Shown here: one piece after another, positions 1 to 12,920 of the stretch
Layout of the letters: every line of letters begins with the position of its first letter
How positions within the stretch are numbered: the stretch's first letter is position 1
From: Setoptus koraiensis
Taxonomy: Eukaryota > Animalia > Arthropoda
Reading direction: 5' to 3'
NCBI GenBank assembly: GCA_048013815.1
Contig: CM106585.1
Span: 12,276,001-12,340,000 of the forward strand
Length of the DNA: 64,000 bases
Notes under the pieces: model-generated
What the model saw: only the letters and a program-made list of their open reading frames with translations
The model's database searches: none
Told to the model about the DNA's origin: nothing
Made by a program: the position numbers and the translations under genes

Positions 1-678
1 AGCTATCGCACTGCTGACAGATGATCGCAGGGTCGCACAGCTGATTGCTGTCAGATGGTCGCACAGCTGACTGCTGTCAGATCACTGGCGACGATGGCAG
101 CTAGTGATGCGGAACACAAATTTAATTTAAATCTAATCAGTTGTATCATCAGCTGACTCGAGAGCCAGCCAGCCAGCCCGTTTGTTGTTGTTGTTGTTGT
201 TTGTGTTGTGTGTTCGTGACAAGATTAAATGGCGGCCACCATTAGCATTGGCCATATTACCATACTTGTGGACAGCGGCAAGCTCATGAGCGCTTATTGA
301 ATCAAGTGTCGATCGATTACCTAATGTTTGGCCAATTGAGCAGGCACAATTATCGGCCGGCCGGCCGGCCGGCCAGCCTTCAGTTGGCACAACTGCTAAC
401 TAACAGGGCTAATTACGGCCAGGTAACAGTGGCATGCGTAATATGACGTAATATGCTCCTAGTCGAGCTGCCCATCTGACCGAGTGCGCATGCAAACAGT
501 AGGCAAATTGTCTATCTCTATCGATTGGATAATTTGTATTTTTTGTTGTTGTTGCTGTCGGATAATTTATATTTAAACTGCTACCGCTAAATATCTAAGC
601 ATATCTAACATTGTAAGTAAATGGTGTGTGTGTGTCAGCGACACAACGAAACTCGCTCGCTAGCTCGCCCAGACTCAC

Positions 679-1674
679 CTTGAACAGCTGATCGCGCGAA
701 TACCAAATTTCGTCCTGGGGCAATATATCGGCGCTGTTATTTTCCTGTTGTTGCAGTAGTTGTTGTTGTTGCTGTAGTTGCTGTTGCTGCTGTAGTTGCT
801 GTTGCTGCTGTAGTTGCTGTTGTTGCTGCTGGTGCTGCTGGTGCAAATGAAAGTTTCTGGTCGACTGCTGAAACGACTGTCTCGACAAACTGTTGCTATT
901 GGTCTGCTGGCCGGCGCTTGCCGCCATCGGCTGCCCGTCCAATCGATGGCCCATTATCACTTCCGGTCGCGAATCTGCACCTGCCGCCGCCGTCACTGGT
1001 GTTGGGGGTGGTGGTGCTGTTGTTGTTGTTGTTGTTGTTGTTGCTGTTGGCGAGGCGCTTCTGTGCGGGCCCGATGAGTGATTCGCTTGTTTGCGTTTGT
1101 GATGATGGTGGTGGTGGTGGTGGTGCGCCTGGTCATGATGATGATGATTGTTGTTGCTGGTTGCTTGGCTGGCTTTGATTCGGGTTGCTTGCTTGCCGTC
1201 GTGCTGACGATGATGATTGGACGCCAGTTCATTGATACTGAGGCCAGCGGATATTGTTGGCTCACTAGATCGCTTCATAACCATTGTGTCGCTGTTGCCC
1301 GCCGGCCCGTCTACAAAGTCGCCCGCACTAGAATCGTCGTCCTCAATTAGGCCCGTCAAATTGACATTGGACGAGTGGTGGTGCCGCTGCTGCTGTTGCT
1401 GCTGATGATGATTAAGATGATTAAGATGATTTAGATGATTAAGATGATGCGGTCTGAGCGGTGCGGCGGACATTAGCGATGACCGACGCGCCGTTGTTCT
1501 GTTGAACTCGGTCAATCTATTATTGGGCAATAATGTGGACGCCGATGATGGCGTGACTGGCAACACTGTCGCCTGACTGACATCGTCAACAAGCAAGTCA
1601 TCGGCGTAATTGGTGGCTGTTGAGCCGCTGAGTTGGTCGCCCGTCTGCGACAAGATCCTCTTCCTAGAGATCAT
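679..1674 (-). CDS. exp: First coding exon of an expansion/rebuf-like (Smad MH2-like domain) protein; remainder lies left of the window
   Basis: N-terminus MISRKRILSQTGDQL and exon-terminal QDEIWYSRDQLFK resemble Drosophila Expansion (MVSRRKILSRSRDDL...EEDIWFQKDKLYK, recalled). A strong donor AAG|GTGAGT follows K at 679/678; the ORF-track tail VSLGE... is intron read-through. About 300 aa of polyQ/H/T separate the two motifs. Confidence 0.7.
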
Positions 1675-2286
1675 GCTGATGATTAAATATTAAATGATTA
1701 ATTCGCTAATTAATTTATTCATTCATTGGTTGCTTGGATATATTAATTAATGCTGATTAATAATTAGCGCCAAATTGATGCACGCCAGACAAGAGACAAA
1801 ATGACAAATTGTGTGTTGTGTCGCGTCGCGTCGTGTCGTGTCGTGTCGTGTTAATTAGTTGATTGGCCTTCGCAACTAAATGTGTCTTGTGTGAAAAGTT
1901 CACTCGATAACCTGTTGTCGTGGCTGTCCGATAGCCGCTGTCGCAACGATTAATGGACGAACGGCGATGATCCTCGGTCTGTCAATGTCCAGCGACAACC
2001 AGCAACCAACTGACAAGTCGACAAGTCGAACAACCAGTGACAAATGAACAAATTAACGACCACGCTCCTGACAGCATCCACAGACAGCTGACCAGAGCTG
2101 ACAGCGGCTCCGTGGCTGTGGTGCGAAGCTTGCCAATTGGCCACTGCCAACTTGTCCGCTATCCTTGACGATATTATTGTTGTTGCCCTATTGTTGCCTT
2201 ATTGTTGCTGGCTGCGATAAAATGCGATTGCGATTGCGGGACGCGTGCGTTTAAACGAGGGGAGGCGGCCAAGGAAATGGAGAGAC

Positions 2287-2326
<40 letters not shown>

Positions 2327-2416
2327 TTAATAAAGCGACGACAAAGCGCAAGCTGTTGCTTCGATGATTGATTAGCGTTCGATTTCGGCCTTGCTCCGCG
2401 ACTCTCGCGCTGTCGA

Positions 2417-2486
2417 GCTTCTCTGCGCTTCCCCTCGCTTCTCTGGGCTTCCCCTCGCTTCTCTGGGCTTCTCCGCGCTTCTCTGA
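2417..2486. repeat. 20-bp minisatellite GCTTCTCTGGGCTTCCCCTC, about 3.5 copies
   Basis: Direct reading of tandem units with few substitutions. Confidence 0.85.
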
Positions 2487-3440
2487 GCCGCCCTGAGCTC
2501 CACACTGAGCGCAAAAACCCAGAGAATGGGAGAGGGAGATCGGGTCGGTGCGGACTCGGACAAAACATTCAGTCGGTCGCTGCAATTGCGCGCTGCCACG
2601 ACCGTGAGCTCATCGTGTGCATCGGGGCGACACTGAGTGAGTCTGGCCCGGCTAGCGGATCTCACGTGTAGCCGGGCCGGGCCGGGCTCGAAACGGTGCT
2701 GGCCCGCGCGTGTGTGTGTGCGTGTGTGTGTGCCGACCGGCCAGAAATAGGCGAGCTAGTTGCGCCCTCGGCCATCGATTCCGCTAGTTGGAATAATTTT
2801 CGCCTAGTCGCGTTCACAAGTTTCCAGTGCATTGGTGTGCGTCACTGGCGCCCAAGTGCCGTTCGTTGGCAAGACAGCGAACGAGCTATTGCAGGCATCG
2901 ATGGGACAAGAGCAACAGGTTGCCTCAGGTGAAATGATTAGCGAATGAATCAATGCGCAATGAGTCATAATGAGTGGGATGGGGTGGCCGGCCGGCCTGC
3001 CGGCTCCAGCGGGCGGCTCGCCCGGCCGAACTGGCCAATTGTCGTCCGTTTCAGTCTTGAACGGTTGTTGCTCGTTTGTCCTACTGCTGATTCGTCGGAC
3101 TGTCGGGCTGCCGAATCGCTGAATTGTTGTTTTGGTTCAAGTGCAAGAGCAAGCAGCCAGTCGGTTGCCCAGGAACTGGCTTGTTCAGGCTTGATTGATT
3201 TAAACAGAGCAGCTCAGCAGCCAGCCAGCCAGTGGAACTAGCCGGCCCGGCTAGACAGGCCCGGCCAGGCTGGGCCTACTGCGACGCCAGCGCACCGACA
3301 GGCCAGAGTAATTGCGTAACCGTGAATCAATCAACTAATTGGCGCTGCTTAAAAGAATCATCTGAGCTCGCATGATTCAGATTGTTCTTTCTCATGCAAT
3401 GTCTGTTGCAACTTGCTGCTGTCGTTGTTGCTGATGTCGT

Positions 3441-3441
<1 letters not shown>

Positions 3442-3501
<60 letters not shown>
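3442..3501. repeat. (GTTGCT)n hexanucleotide microsatellite
   Basis: About 10 perfect units. Confidence 0.9.
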
Positions 3502-3505
<4 letters not shown>

Positions 3506-4077
3506 TCGTTGTTGCTGCTGTTGGCGCCAATCTATCTATGACGACACACAAATGAGACCCAATTATCGCCGCTGCTGTGTTTATATGCTGCATGTAACAC
3601 CGCCAGGGTGTCGGGAGACGCACATTTTACTGCAGTTAAAGTGCTGCCGGTCGCAGCCTGGGTGCCGACAACAGCTCCAGAACAGCAACAGCAGCGCAAC
3701 AACAACAGCAACGCAACAACAACAGCAACGCAACAACAACGACAACAACGCGTCGCTTCGTCTACCGGAAGGAAGCGGCGTTCGGCCGGCCAATTTTGCA
3801 CACATTTCGTCGATGCAACATGGATCAATTAATGCGGCCCACAGTTGAAAGCGCAACATAGGCACCAGACGTTAGATGGTCGCTGCATGCTGGCCGGTCG
3901 CTCATCGCCGGCCGGACAGCCTGTCCGTCCGCTCATCGTCTGGCCGCTGCATCGGGCGGATACTGCGCGGATATTTGCACACACATTCGCCTTTGTGGTC
4001 GCTCGGGTGTCTACAGATCGTCGGTCTGCTGAGACGCTCGCTCAGATGTTGGCCGGCCGACAAGCGGCGCAGAGAGT

Positions 4078-4133
4078 ATCTCTGAATCTCCGGATCTCTG
4101 AATCTCTGAATCTCTGAATCTCCGGATCTCTGA
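4078..4133. repeat. 8-bp tandem repeat ATCTCTGA/ATCTCCGG x7
   Basis: Seven contiguous units, two of them the CCGG variant. Confidence 0.9.
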
Positions 4134-4402
4134 ATGGCGAATTGTTCATTTTGTCCGTGCATCCGTGACATTGTGCGAGGAAACGTTCGTGAGGCTCTTC
4201 TAGACTGGCCGGCTCGGCCAACTGTATCAATTGAATCAGCAAAGATTCGTGGATCATCATCATTCATTTCGGTTGCTCTCATTCGTTTGCCTCAATTGCT
4301 CTCATCTCGCTTTGCTTGATTGATTAGTGTACTGACTTATACACAAACACACACAATTAGCGTTGTAGTGGACATAACCTGTTATTGGTGGCTATTATTG
4401 CG

Positions 4403-4438
<36 letters not shown>

Positions 4439-7400
4439 AGTCAACATGATAGACACACAATAGCTTTAAATCACGACCAACCAAGCGAGCGGCATGCCAC
4501 CTGAGCTGCTGCTGCTGTTTGCTTTATTTGTTGGCTGGCTTTGTACGGCCGGCAGACAAACAAATAACGGTAAACACTGTGGCCAATAACATAACTGGCA
4601 ACTGGTGGCAAGAGAGATGGACAAAACAAAACTAAAACTATCACTACCGGCGCCGGTTTGCCGCTACGGCAATGATTTGCGCCTGATGATGATCTCGTTG
4701 ATTCTGATCGAGTCGGATGAGCTCCATTGGCCTGTTGTACAATCGTCTCTGTGATTGTGTTGTGGCCGTCCGAGTAACTCTTTCCATCTTTTCTCGAAAT
4801 TGTTTAAGTTTAACAAGAACATTTGTGAGCAAACTGATTCAGCTAATTTATAATTCAGCGACGGCAGCCGTTGGACGGCGGCGGCGGCAACAGCAGCGCA
4901 TAAGCACACTGACGCATAATCTCATAAACGCACTGGCCAAAGAGCGCGTAAACGCTCTAGTTGAGCGAAAAAAGCAAAAATAAACCCATAAACGCATGAA
5001 CGCGCGCACAGTTTGTGTGGTGGCCAACACACAAACTGGTGGCTACCTCCCAGAAACGCATAGTCGCATGAACGCGAAGGCCCATAAACGCGAACATTGA
5101 CGCAAATATTGAAAATTTTCATGCGTAAGCGTATGCGTGCAGGCGAAAAATGCACACCGATATGAGCGCATTGATGGGCATTGTGAGTCTCACAATTTGT
5201 GAGTCACAGCATTGCGAGCTCGTTGTGCGATGAGATGGGTATCAAGCGCGACACGAGCAACATATTGAAGTGATTTAGATTAACAATCAGATCACAATCA
5301 CATGTGATGGCCGGCCAGCGCCAGCCAGCTATCTAACGGATCCATCTAAATGAATGAGTTTCGTCGAGTCGATTTATATTCAATGTTTGCCAGAGCGTTT
5401 AGCAGGGTGTATCTTTGCCAATCAATCCAATCGTCTAATGACTTTCGCTCGCTCTGGCTCTCCATGGCGAGCGATACACGGCCGAGATAACTCTGGCATT
5501 GTGAGTGAATAAATTCCGTGTAAATCTGCGCAATTGTAGCAAGCTCCCAGTGTGTTCGTTGTTTATTTTTGCCTACCCTAACCAGCCTAAAACAAACAAC
5601 TCGCTGCGCTATCTCGCCGTCTCATCTCTTTTGCACAACTCACTGTGAACGTGTGTGTGTGTGTTTTTATTTGTGTCCATGATGTTATAGGCTGAATTGT
5701 TAGGTTAGGCCGGCGAGTTTTATTTTGTTTTTTCCCTCTCGCTGTCCGACTACCTGGCTACCTGTTTGTCTCGGACTCTGTCTGGCCTGCCAGCCCGCCA
5801 AGCAGCCGGACAGCCAGACGGCCGGCCGGACAGGTATGTGGGCCAAGTTCAGCGGCCCATACAGAACAACGGGACAAAACTAATCTAGTGCCGTCCAGTC
5901 GCCGCGCCGACCCATCGGCTATGCAAATAAGCAAGATCAATGTTATTGTCATTGTGTGCATTGCGCTCTACTCTGTGGCCCAGAGTATATATCGTGTGAC
6001 GAGCAACAATAACAGTTTGACAGACTCATTGAACATTATTGAACTAATAATAATGTATTGCTAACAGTGACCGTTTGATTGGCGTCGCTTAATTGTTGCG
6101 TAATTGCCCACTGACACACACTATGATGATGCATGCCATGGCATGACTGCTGTGAGGAAACTGCAAACTTACCTGGTCAGTGGTCTATTGTGTTTTATAT
6201 GATTCTTTATTGCTGTCGTGGTTGGCGTTCAGTCGGTGGCTGGCGCCGTTGCAGTTCAGTCTGTTGCAGCGAGTCGTCAATCGTTAATATCCAAGCTTTC
6301 TTTTCGCTGGCTGTTGTAAATTGTTTGTTGGCTTCTTCCGATTTTGTTCACTTTGAATGGATTCGATTTAATTTAATTAAATTGCATGCGCAATCTGATG
6401 TTAGGCTCACTGCGATCTAATTGGCCCAAGTGTCGGAAACGCGATGGGTGCCACTAAAAAACTCACTATTGATGATGATGGTCGCATAAACTTTTCTCTT
6501 GGCCGATGTTTTCACTCGACTGCCTGTCTGCAGCCCGTTTACGGCCTGTGGCAGATCGGTTCAGTTAGACGCTGGCTACCGGTCACTCACTTTGCCGATG
6601 ATTGCTGGTTGTTGCAGTTGCGCATCACTGCCACTACATAAAAACTATTGTTTAATGTCCTTTTACACTGTGTGTTGATACTGATTCTGACGCGCTGATT
6701 GGTGTATGCAAATTAGTTGACACTTGTTCATCGGCGAAGACACTCGGCACTGTTGATCAACACGATGGTGGCTGTCGTTGTGGGCCCAGTTAGACCTTTT
6801 TGCTGCTGGGATGATGTCTCACCGATGATTGCCACCATCGATTCACGTGATGCGCAAGTGTCGATAAGTTTGTTGGTCAGTCGATGCTTGTTTGGGCATA
6901 TCTTCTGGCTACGTGCAAGCGCCGGTATGACACGCCGACTGTATGAATAAAGTGTGCGAGTTGCTGGTTTGCAAACAAATGGTAAATGAATAATAAGAGA
7001 AATTCTTCAACTTTGTCTGCTCGATCGGACAAGTTTCTGTAGGATATTGCGTTTAATTAGATGGGGATGACTTGCATATCACAAGGTGCGTATCACTATG
7101 GTTGACAGGTGAATTAGCTCAGGTAAGCAAGGGGTTAAAACAGACGCTGGCGTGTTGCTCGTTTTCTAATTTAAAACTAGCTTAGTATTTCATTTATTTG
7201 CTACTTTTGCTCATTATTATTATTAATTTAGATTTTGTGTGTGTGTGTGTGTTGTTAACTGAAGGCATTAAGTAGCGACAAGTGAACGACAACAACCGTT
7301 GAACGTGTTTGCGTTTAGCTGATGATTGATGATGCCGATGATGATGCTATATTGATGTACGATAGGCGGACACAAACATGCATTGCTGATGGTACAATTA

Positions 7401-7938
7401 TGATAATGTAGTAGTGTCAATGCATTAGAGGCATCATTAGAATATTAAACGACGATGGCTGCCTGATAAATTATCATCATACACTAAATCATTACCGCCA
7501 GCGCCACTGGTAACTTTATCTCTATCTGTTTTTGTGTCGCTAGTTGTTGTTGATAGATAGTTCTAATTGTAAACGCGCACACACATTCGCACAGGTAACG
7601 TGTTGCCGATAGTTGGTTCGAGTTGCGACAGACAACCAACTAACTGATATTATCAAGCGAGCGGGCGAGAGTCAACGCCAGAGATAGACAGCTCAACCAA
7701 TGAAAAATACAAAGGCAAAAGCGAAAAATTGCAAAAGTTGCACTACTTTCTCATGCGCACGCATGCCGACAGGTGAGTGCCGACCCCCGCGCTCTCGCTG
7801 GCAAGCCTAACAAGCTCAACTCAACGAGCTCGACAAGCCTGGCAAGCTTGTAGGGCTTTGTTGGCTTACGGTGTGTGATTGAGAGAGAAGCCAAGATCCG
7901 CTTTCTCCGCTGCCCAAGTTTACCTGTGCATCTGAATT

Positions 7939-7979
<41 letters not shown>

Positions 7980-8841
7980 TGTTGTCGTTTGAGATACATT
8001 AAATTGTGACTACGCACACAGACACCAGTGAGACCACTAGTGAGCTGGATAGCCTGCCCACTAGTGGACGATGCTGGCACTGCAAATGCCAATGTCGATG
8101 TCGTCATACACAAATCAATAAGGTGGAGTTTGGCCGCGTCGGACTATTGAACGGACTTCCTACTTGTTGCTGTTTGTTTGCTGCTCGCAAGATACAAATT
8201 GCCAGCTCATTTGCGTCAGTAGTCGCGAGCCCGGCGATAAGGTGAGCGACTTTATATTATCATCAACCGTTACTGTGTTGCCAGCTATAGTAGCGGTAGC
8301 TCGCCGTAAATGAGCCGGCTGACATGGTACGCGACACAATTTATATTTATCGCAAGCACGTATCGGTGTATCGTAAGCAAATAAAAGTCTAGCGTATCAA
8401 TTGATTATCGATTTCTGTTGACACTGTTGTCATATATCTAAATTATAGCGCTGTACCTGTAGTTGTTGTATGGTCGATATGTCGGTTTGCCCGTGAAAAA
8501 ACTATCGCCTGAAGTAAGATGAGGCCAGCCAGATAAAGGTGAAAACAACAACAACAACAACAACAAGCATTGGCACCCGTTCGAGCGACCATGTCGCCAA
8601 CTGCCAACATTACCCAAGTATCAATCTAAATATCAGCCTAATTCGCCGGCGCCCTAGGGTACTCGGGGCATCCGGTACCCTGGTGTTGAGCACCGTTACT
8701 CGCCACTCTTATCGTACTGACAGTAAAACTCTTTCTGACACACAATGAGATGCTGACAACAGTTGGCCACTGATACTTGCAACTCTTATCTTGTGTCTCG
8801 TCTATGGCTTGCGAAAAGTGAGCCAAGAATAGAATTAGCCT

Positions 8842-8890
8842 GCCCACAGTGAGCCCACAGTGAGCCCACAGTGAGCCCACAGTGAGCCCA
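8842..8890. repeat. 11-bp tandem repeat GCCCACAGTGA x4.5
   Basis: Perfect tandem units. Confidence 0.9.
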
Positions 8891-11537
8891 GAAGCCAATG
8901 CCATTTGTGCCAGATATTATCCAAATGAGTGACATATCATAGACATAAAACATGTAACTTGCGCGAATTTAAATATTGTTATTATATGGCTCCAATACAA
9001 AGAACCTAGACAGACAATATTCATATTTATATATTTCAACAACGGCAAACAAACACAAAAATGGGCACCGACACGAGACAGGTAAACGAGGCGCTGCAAT
9101 GAATGCCGACAATAATCCAAGCTGTTGACGACATGACTCGAGTTGACTGTTGGCCAGTGGCGCGCGCGCGCGCTCTCTCGGAATATGTTGTTGTGATATC
9201 AACTGACAGCCAGCCTAGGCGACTAGAGATAAGAAGATGGAATAACTGACAGCTAGACAGATGGATATAAATTTAATGAGATAGTCTAACCGGTCTACGC
9301 GAACAGTTAGACATTTGACAGCAGTGACAGGCGTTTGTTGTTGCTGTTGCAAAACGGCTGATTGAGGGTGCTTGTAGCCTCAGCCTAGTCAAGATTCCGC
9401 CGACTATCAACTGCCTATTAGTGGCTGATATCGGCTGACTTGAGGCAGCAGCTAATATCATTGGCGCTCACAATTGTCAGACAATCACAGCTCACACAGT
9501 CATACTTGTCAGCGGCTCCTCTAATTCGAGAATTAATCCCCAATGGTGTAGCAAGCGATTGTTGAAATTGGCTTACCATGGCTCGGCATGGTGACTATGC
9601 TCTATTAATTTGTACGCCGACGTTAGAGCGCAAACACATATCAAGAGCAGCATATTTAGGGTTGCACTGATGCAACAGACAACGCTGAGCCAATACCCTA
9701 AATTAGCTGACTTATTAAGCATATAAATATAATATAACATATACCCAAACCCGGCCAGACCAGACCAGACGAGATCAGACCAGACGAGATCGGATCTCGG
9801 GCCAGACTAGACAGGAGACGCTAAACACCCAGAGCGGCTGGATACTGGCCAGTCTACTTTAAATGGATTACCACGACGACAGGTGTATAGAGTGTTAGCT
9901 GGAAAGGTGTGTTAAATGGTTGATTTAGTGTCTATTGGTCGCGCGCGCAACAACAACAACAACAGCAACAACAACAACAACAGCAACAACAACAGCAACA
10001 GCAACAGCAACAACTCTTTCTACACCAATTAGCATTGTCGCTGTTGTAATTCATTGCAGTATATATATATAATATATGATACTGCCATGTTAATGATTGC
10101 CAAAAAGAGGTTGCAACAAACAAAAACAACAATTCTAGTTTAATAGTTGGCGATTGAAAATTAATATTGTTGTACTGATAAAATGAGTGTGCGTACAATT
10201 GTTAAATATCGCTAACTGTTCTTGACTCACTTATAACTCGCTGGCTTGCTGGTCGTCTGGTCCTCTGACTGTTGCTTGCAAGTTGCCAACCAATAGTGAT
10301 GTTGGCGCCGATAAATGAAAGTTAATCATTGATCATCGCCAATGCGCTTGCTACTTCCAATAATAACGACGACGACGACAACAACAACAACAACAACAAC
10401 AACAGAAATTCAAATTAAATATAAACAACAACAACTCAATTATAAATCCTTTTGTGTCCTGGCCGCTCGATTGGCTGGATGTACAAACGGACAAAAACAT
10501 AGGTAACCTAGGTAACACATGTGCAACATTGGCATTGTTGCCAACATTGGATACATTGGCAACAGGTAGCTCAACAGCTCAGGTAATCATCTGATGCAGC
10601 AGCAGCAGCACCATATATTCAAATCTGTGATCAACACAGCGTATTCCATTAGAACAGGTGAAGGTCTAGGTTAGTGTTCTTGATATTTGCCACACACACA
10701 CACACACCAAACCAGATCTAGATAAAAATATATCCCGTTGTCTCACGTAATGATGGCGTCTTAATCCAACGCCCGCCAAAAGTCCCTTGGTTGGCTGGAA
10801 AGCCGAAATGCAGCCGCACAAAAGAACACTCTCACTCGCTTCTTTTGTTCCAGTTTCAAGTTTGCAATTCTATTTCTTCGCTGTTGTGATTATTTGGCGG
10901 TTGCCAAACAAAATTAGTTTCTCAGTTGAACCAAAATGGCCACAGTGTTCAATAGCGATAACACGACAACAGAACTCGGGCAAGATGCAAAATGATTAAT
11001 TGCCTTTAATTCGATCTCTCATCTCATGATAGATCGATCGATATTTTTTGGCGCCATCCATTATGGTGCGTGTAAGTATCGCGAGTGTGGCGGGTTTAAA
11101 GGTACGGCGTTGTTGTATGCATTGTAGCAACAACAACCATATCATATCGGCAACAATATCATATTGACGACGATGGCTGGCAAAAATCTATTAGTAACTT
11201 GCTCTTTCTCTCTCAATCTCCAGCCCAAGCTATAGTTAACAATCAGGTGCAAATCCATGATAAATCACTGTATCAGACTCTCTGTTGCAACTGATACAAT
11301 AAACATTAAGCAACTACAATACTACGTGTAACTACTATTGTAGTCGGTTACATTATTAATCAATTTTGTGTTTATTTGTATCTGTCTGTCTGTCCGTCTA
11401 GCTGTCTGGCTGCTTAGCTGCCGCTGATAGTTAGCTGTCCGCCAATAAATATTGAGCTGCCTTCGAATAAGATAGTGTAATAGATAAGAGGCAAGTTGCT
11501 GTTGATGGCAAGCTCTTACTACAGCTGACTAAACATA

Positions 11538-12920
11538 TCAGTATAATATATCAGTATTGAAATCAAAATTAACATTAATATTATCAAGTAATTCTCTGCT
11601 ATGTTGTGATAATAAATCCGAGAAACGAGACTGCTGGCTGCCAAATGGATCCGGTGTCAGAGCTGGTGTTGGATTGTGAGCTCTAGTAATGTCATCACCG
11701 TCATCGTTATCCAATTGTAGATGGCTCGTTGTTGGAGCGGCAACAGTTGCGATGGTTTGTTGCTGTTGGTGATGTGGTTCGCCTACAGGATTGTTTATTG
11801 CCATCATCTCCAAATTAATAAGAGAAGTCACACCTAATACTGGATCAGTTTGATTTTTGATGTTGTTGTTAGTGTTGCTGCTGTTGCCGGTGACAGTGGT
11901 GCAATATGGCAACGGAGGAATTTTGAGTAATGACTTGTCGATGTCATAAAAATTGTCATCACAACAGTAACAGCCACTGCTACCACTGCTGCTAATAATA
12001 CTGCTGGTGGTGTTTTCTTGTTGATAAACTTGTTGGTAAGGTGGTTGGGGTCGTCGTTGTAGTTGATGTAGGTGAGTCTGTGGCATATGGGGATGGTCGT
12101 CGTGCAGTTGTTGATGGAGTTGTTGTGGTAGCTGTTGTTGTAGCTGCTGCTGTTGTTGATGCTGCTGTTGTTGATGCTGTAGTTGTAGTTGTTGTGGTTG
12201 CTGTTGTGGTTGTTGTGGTTGTTGTAGTTGTAGAGGGACGAGGGGCGTGCGGACAACGAAATCAATGTTGTCGAAAATGTCTTCGTGGTTGTCGTAGAGG
12301 CCGGGCTTGTTTGGTGGGGCGAGTGTTTTAATTAGGTAATAAATTCGTTGTCCGATGGCCATGAGCGATGCATCCTGATCGAAATAGATTTTGTCTCTGA
12401 GTCTGTGTAAGAAATCGTTGAGCAGTATAATTGTAGTCTCGAGTCTCCTCTTAAGTAGCGAATTTCTCTCCATTTCTTGTACCTGTTCCTCAATTAGCTG
12501 TTGATGTTGCTGTTTCTTCCTTTGGCGATATTTTTCCGCAGCGGCAGCGTTCGATCGCTTCTTGTCCGGCCGTTTGGTATTAGTTGGTATGGGTTGTTGA
12601 ACGAGCTGCCTGAGGTGCTGTTGTTGCGCACATTGTCGTTGTTGCTGGCTGAGCTGTTTCTCCGGCCGTTGTTGTGACTGCTGTTGTTGCTGTCGTTGTT
12701 GTTGCTGCTGCTGTTGTTGCTGTTGTTGTTGCTGTTGCTGCTGCTGTTGTTGCCGCGGTTGTTGTTGCTGCGGTTGCTGTTGTTGCTGATGACCTGGTTC
12801 CTGCTGGTTAGCTTGTTGCTGGTGCGGCTGCGATTGCATCATGACCACCCTGAATTTTGGTCGTCGGGGCTCCTGGCCGGTGGACGACGAACACTTGAGT
12901 CGTTTCATTTTGAGAATCAT
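11538..12920 (-). CDS. PolyQ-rich bZIP transcription factor, ATF4/ATF5-like basic region
   Basis: KKRSNAAAAEKYRQRKK followed by a zipper (LIEEQVQEMERNSLLKRRLETTIILLNDFL) resembles ATF4 NKTAATRYRQKKR. First ATG is at 12920 (the ORF-track start at 12929 is TTG). Intronless. Confidence 0.65.
   Translation of the reverse strand: MILKMKRLKCSSSTGQEPRRPKFRVVMMQSQPHQQQANQQEPGHQQQQQPQQQQPRQQQQQQQQQQQQQQQQQQQRQQQQQSQQRPEKQLSQQQRQCAQQQHLRQLVQQPIPTNTKRPDKKRSNAAAAEKYRQRKKQQHQQLIEEQVQEMERNSLLKRRLETTIILLNDFLHRLRDKIYFDQDASLMAIGQRIYYLIKTLAPPNKPGLYDNHEDIFDNIDFVVRTPLVPLQLQQPQQPQQQPQQLQLQHQQQQHQQQQQLQQQLPQQLHQQLHDDHPHMPQTHLHQLQRRPQPPYQQVYQQENTTSSIISSSGSSGCYCCDDNFYDIDKSLLKIPPLPYCTTVTGNSSNTNNNIKNQTDPVLGVTSLINLEMMAINNPVGEPHHQQQQTIATVAAPTTSHLQLDNDDGDDITRAHNPTPALTPDPFGSQQSRFSDLLSQHSRELLDNINVNFDFNTDILY

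Larger units (their letters stand above)
1675..11537. other. Microsatellite-rich non-coding region (likely upstream/5'-intron regulatory DNA)
   Basis: No ORF with a recognisable domain. Short ORFs are translations of (AAC)n, (GTC)n, (CA)n, (AG)n and (GTTGCT)n tracts. Confidence 0.6.

Noticed and set aside
814-1405. Plus-strand ORFs with polyL/V/C (apparent signal or TM segments)
   Set aside because: Antisense shadows of the CAA/CAC/ACA repeats in the expansion-like exon
10500-10590. Cluster of CAGGTAG/CAGGTAA/TAGGTAA (Zelda TAGteam-like) words
   Set aside because: Short motifs; zelda is reported as Pancrustacea-specific, and the host appears to be a chelicerate
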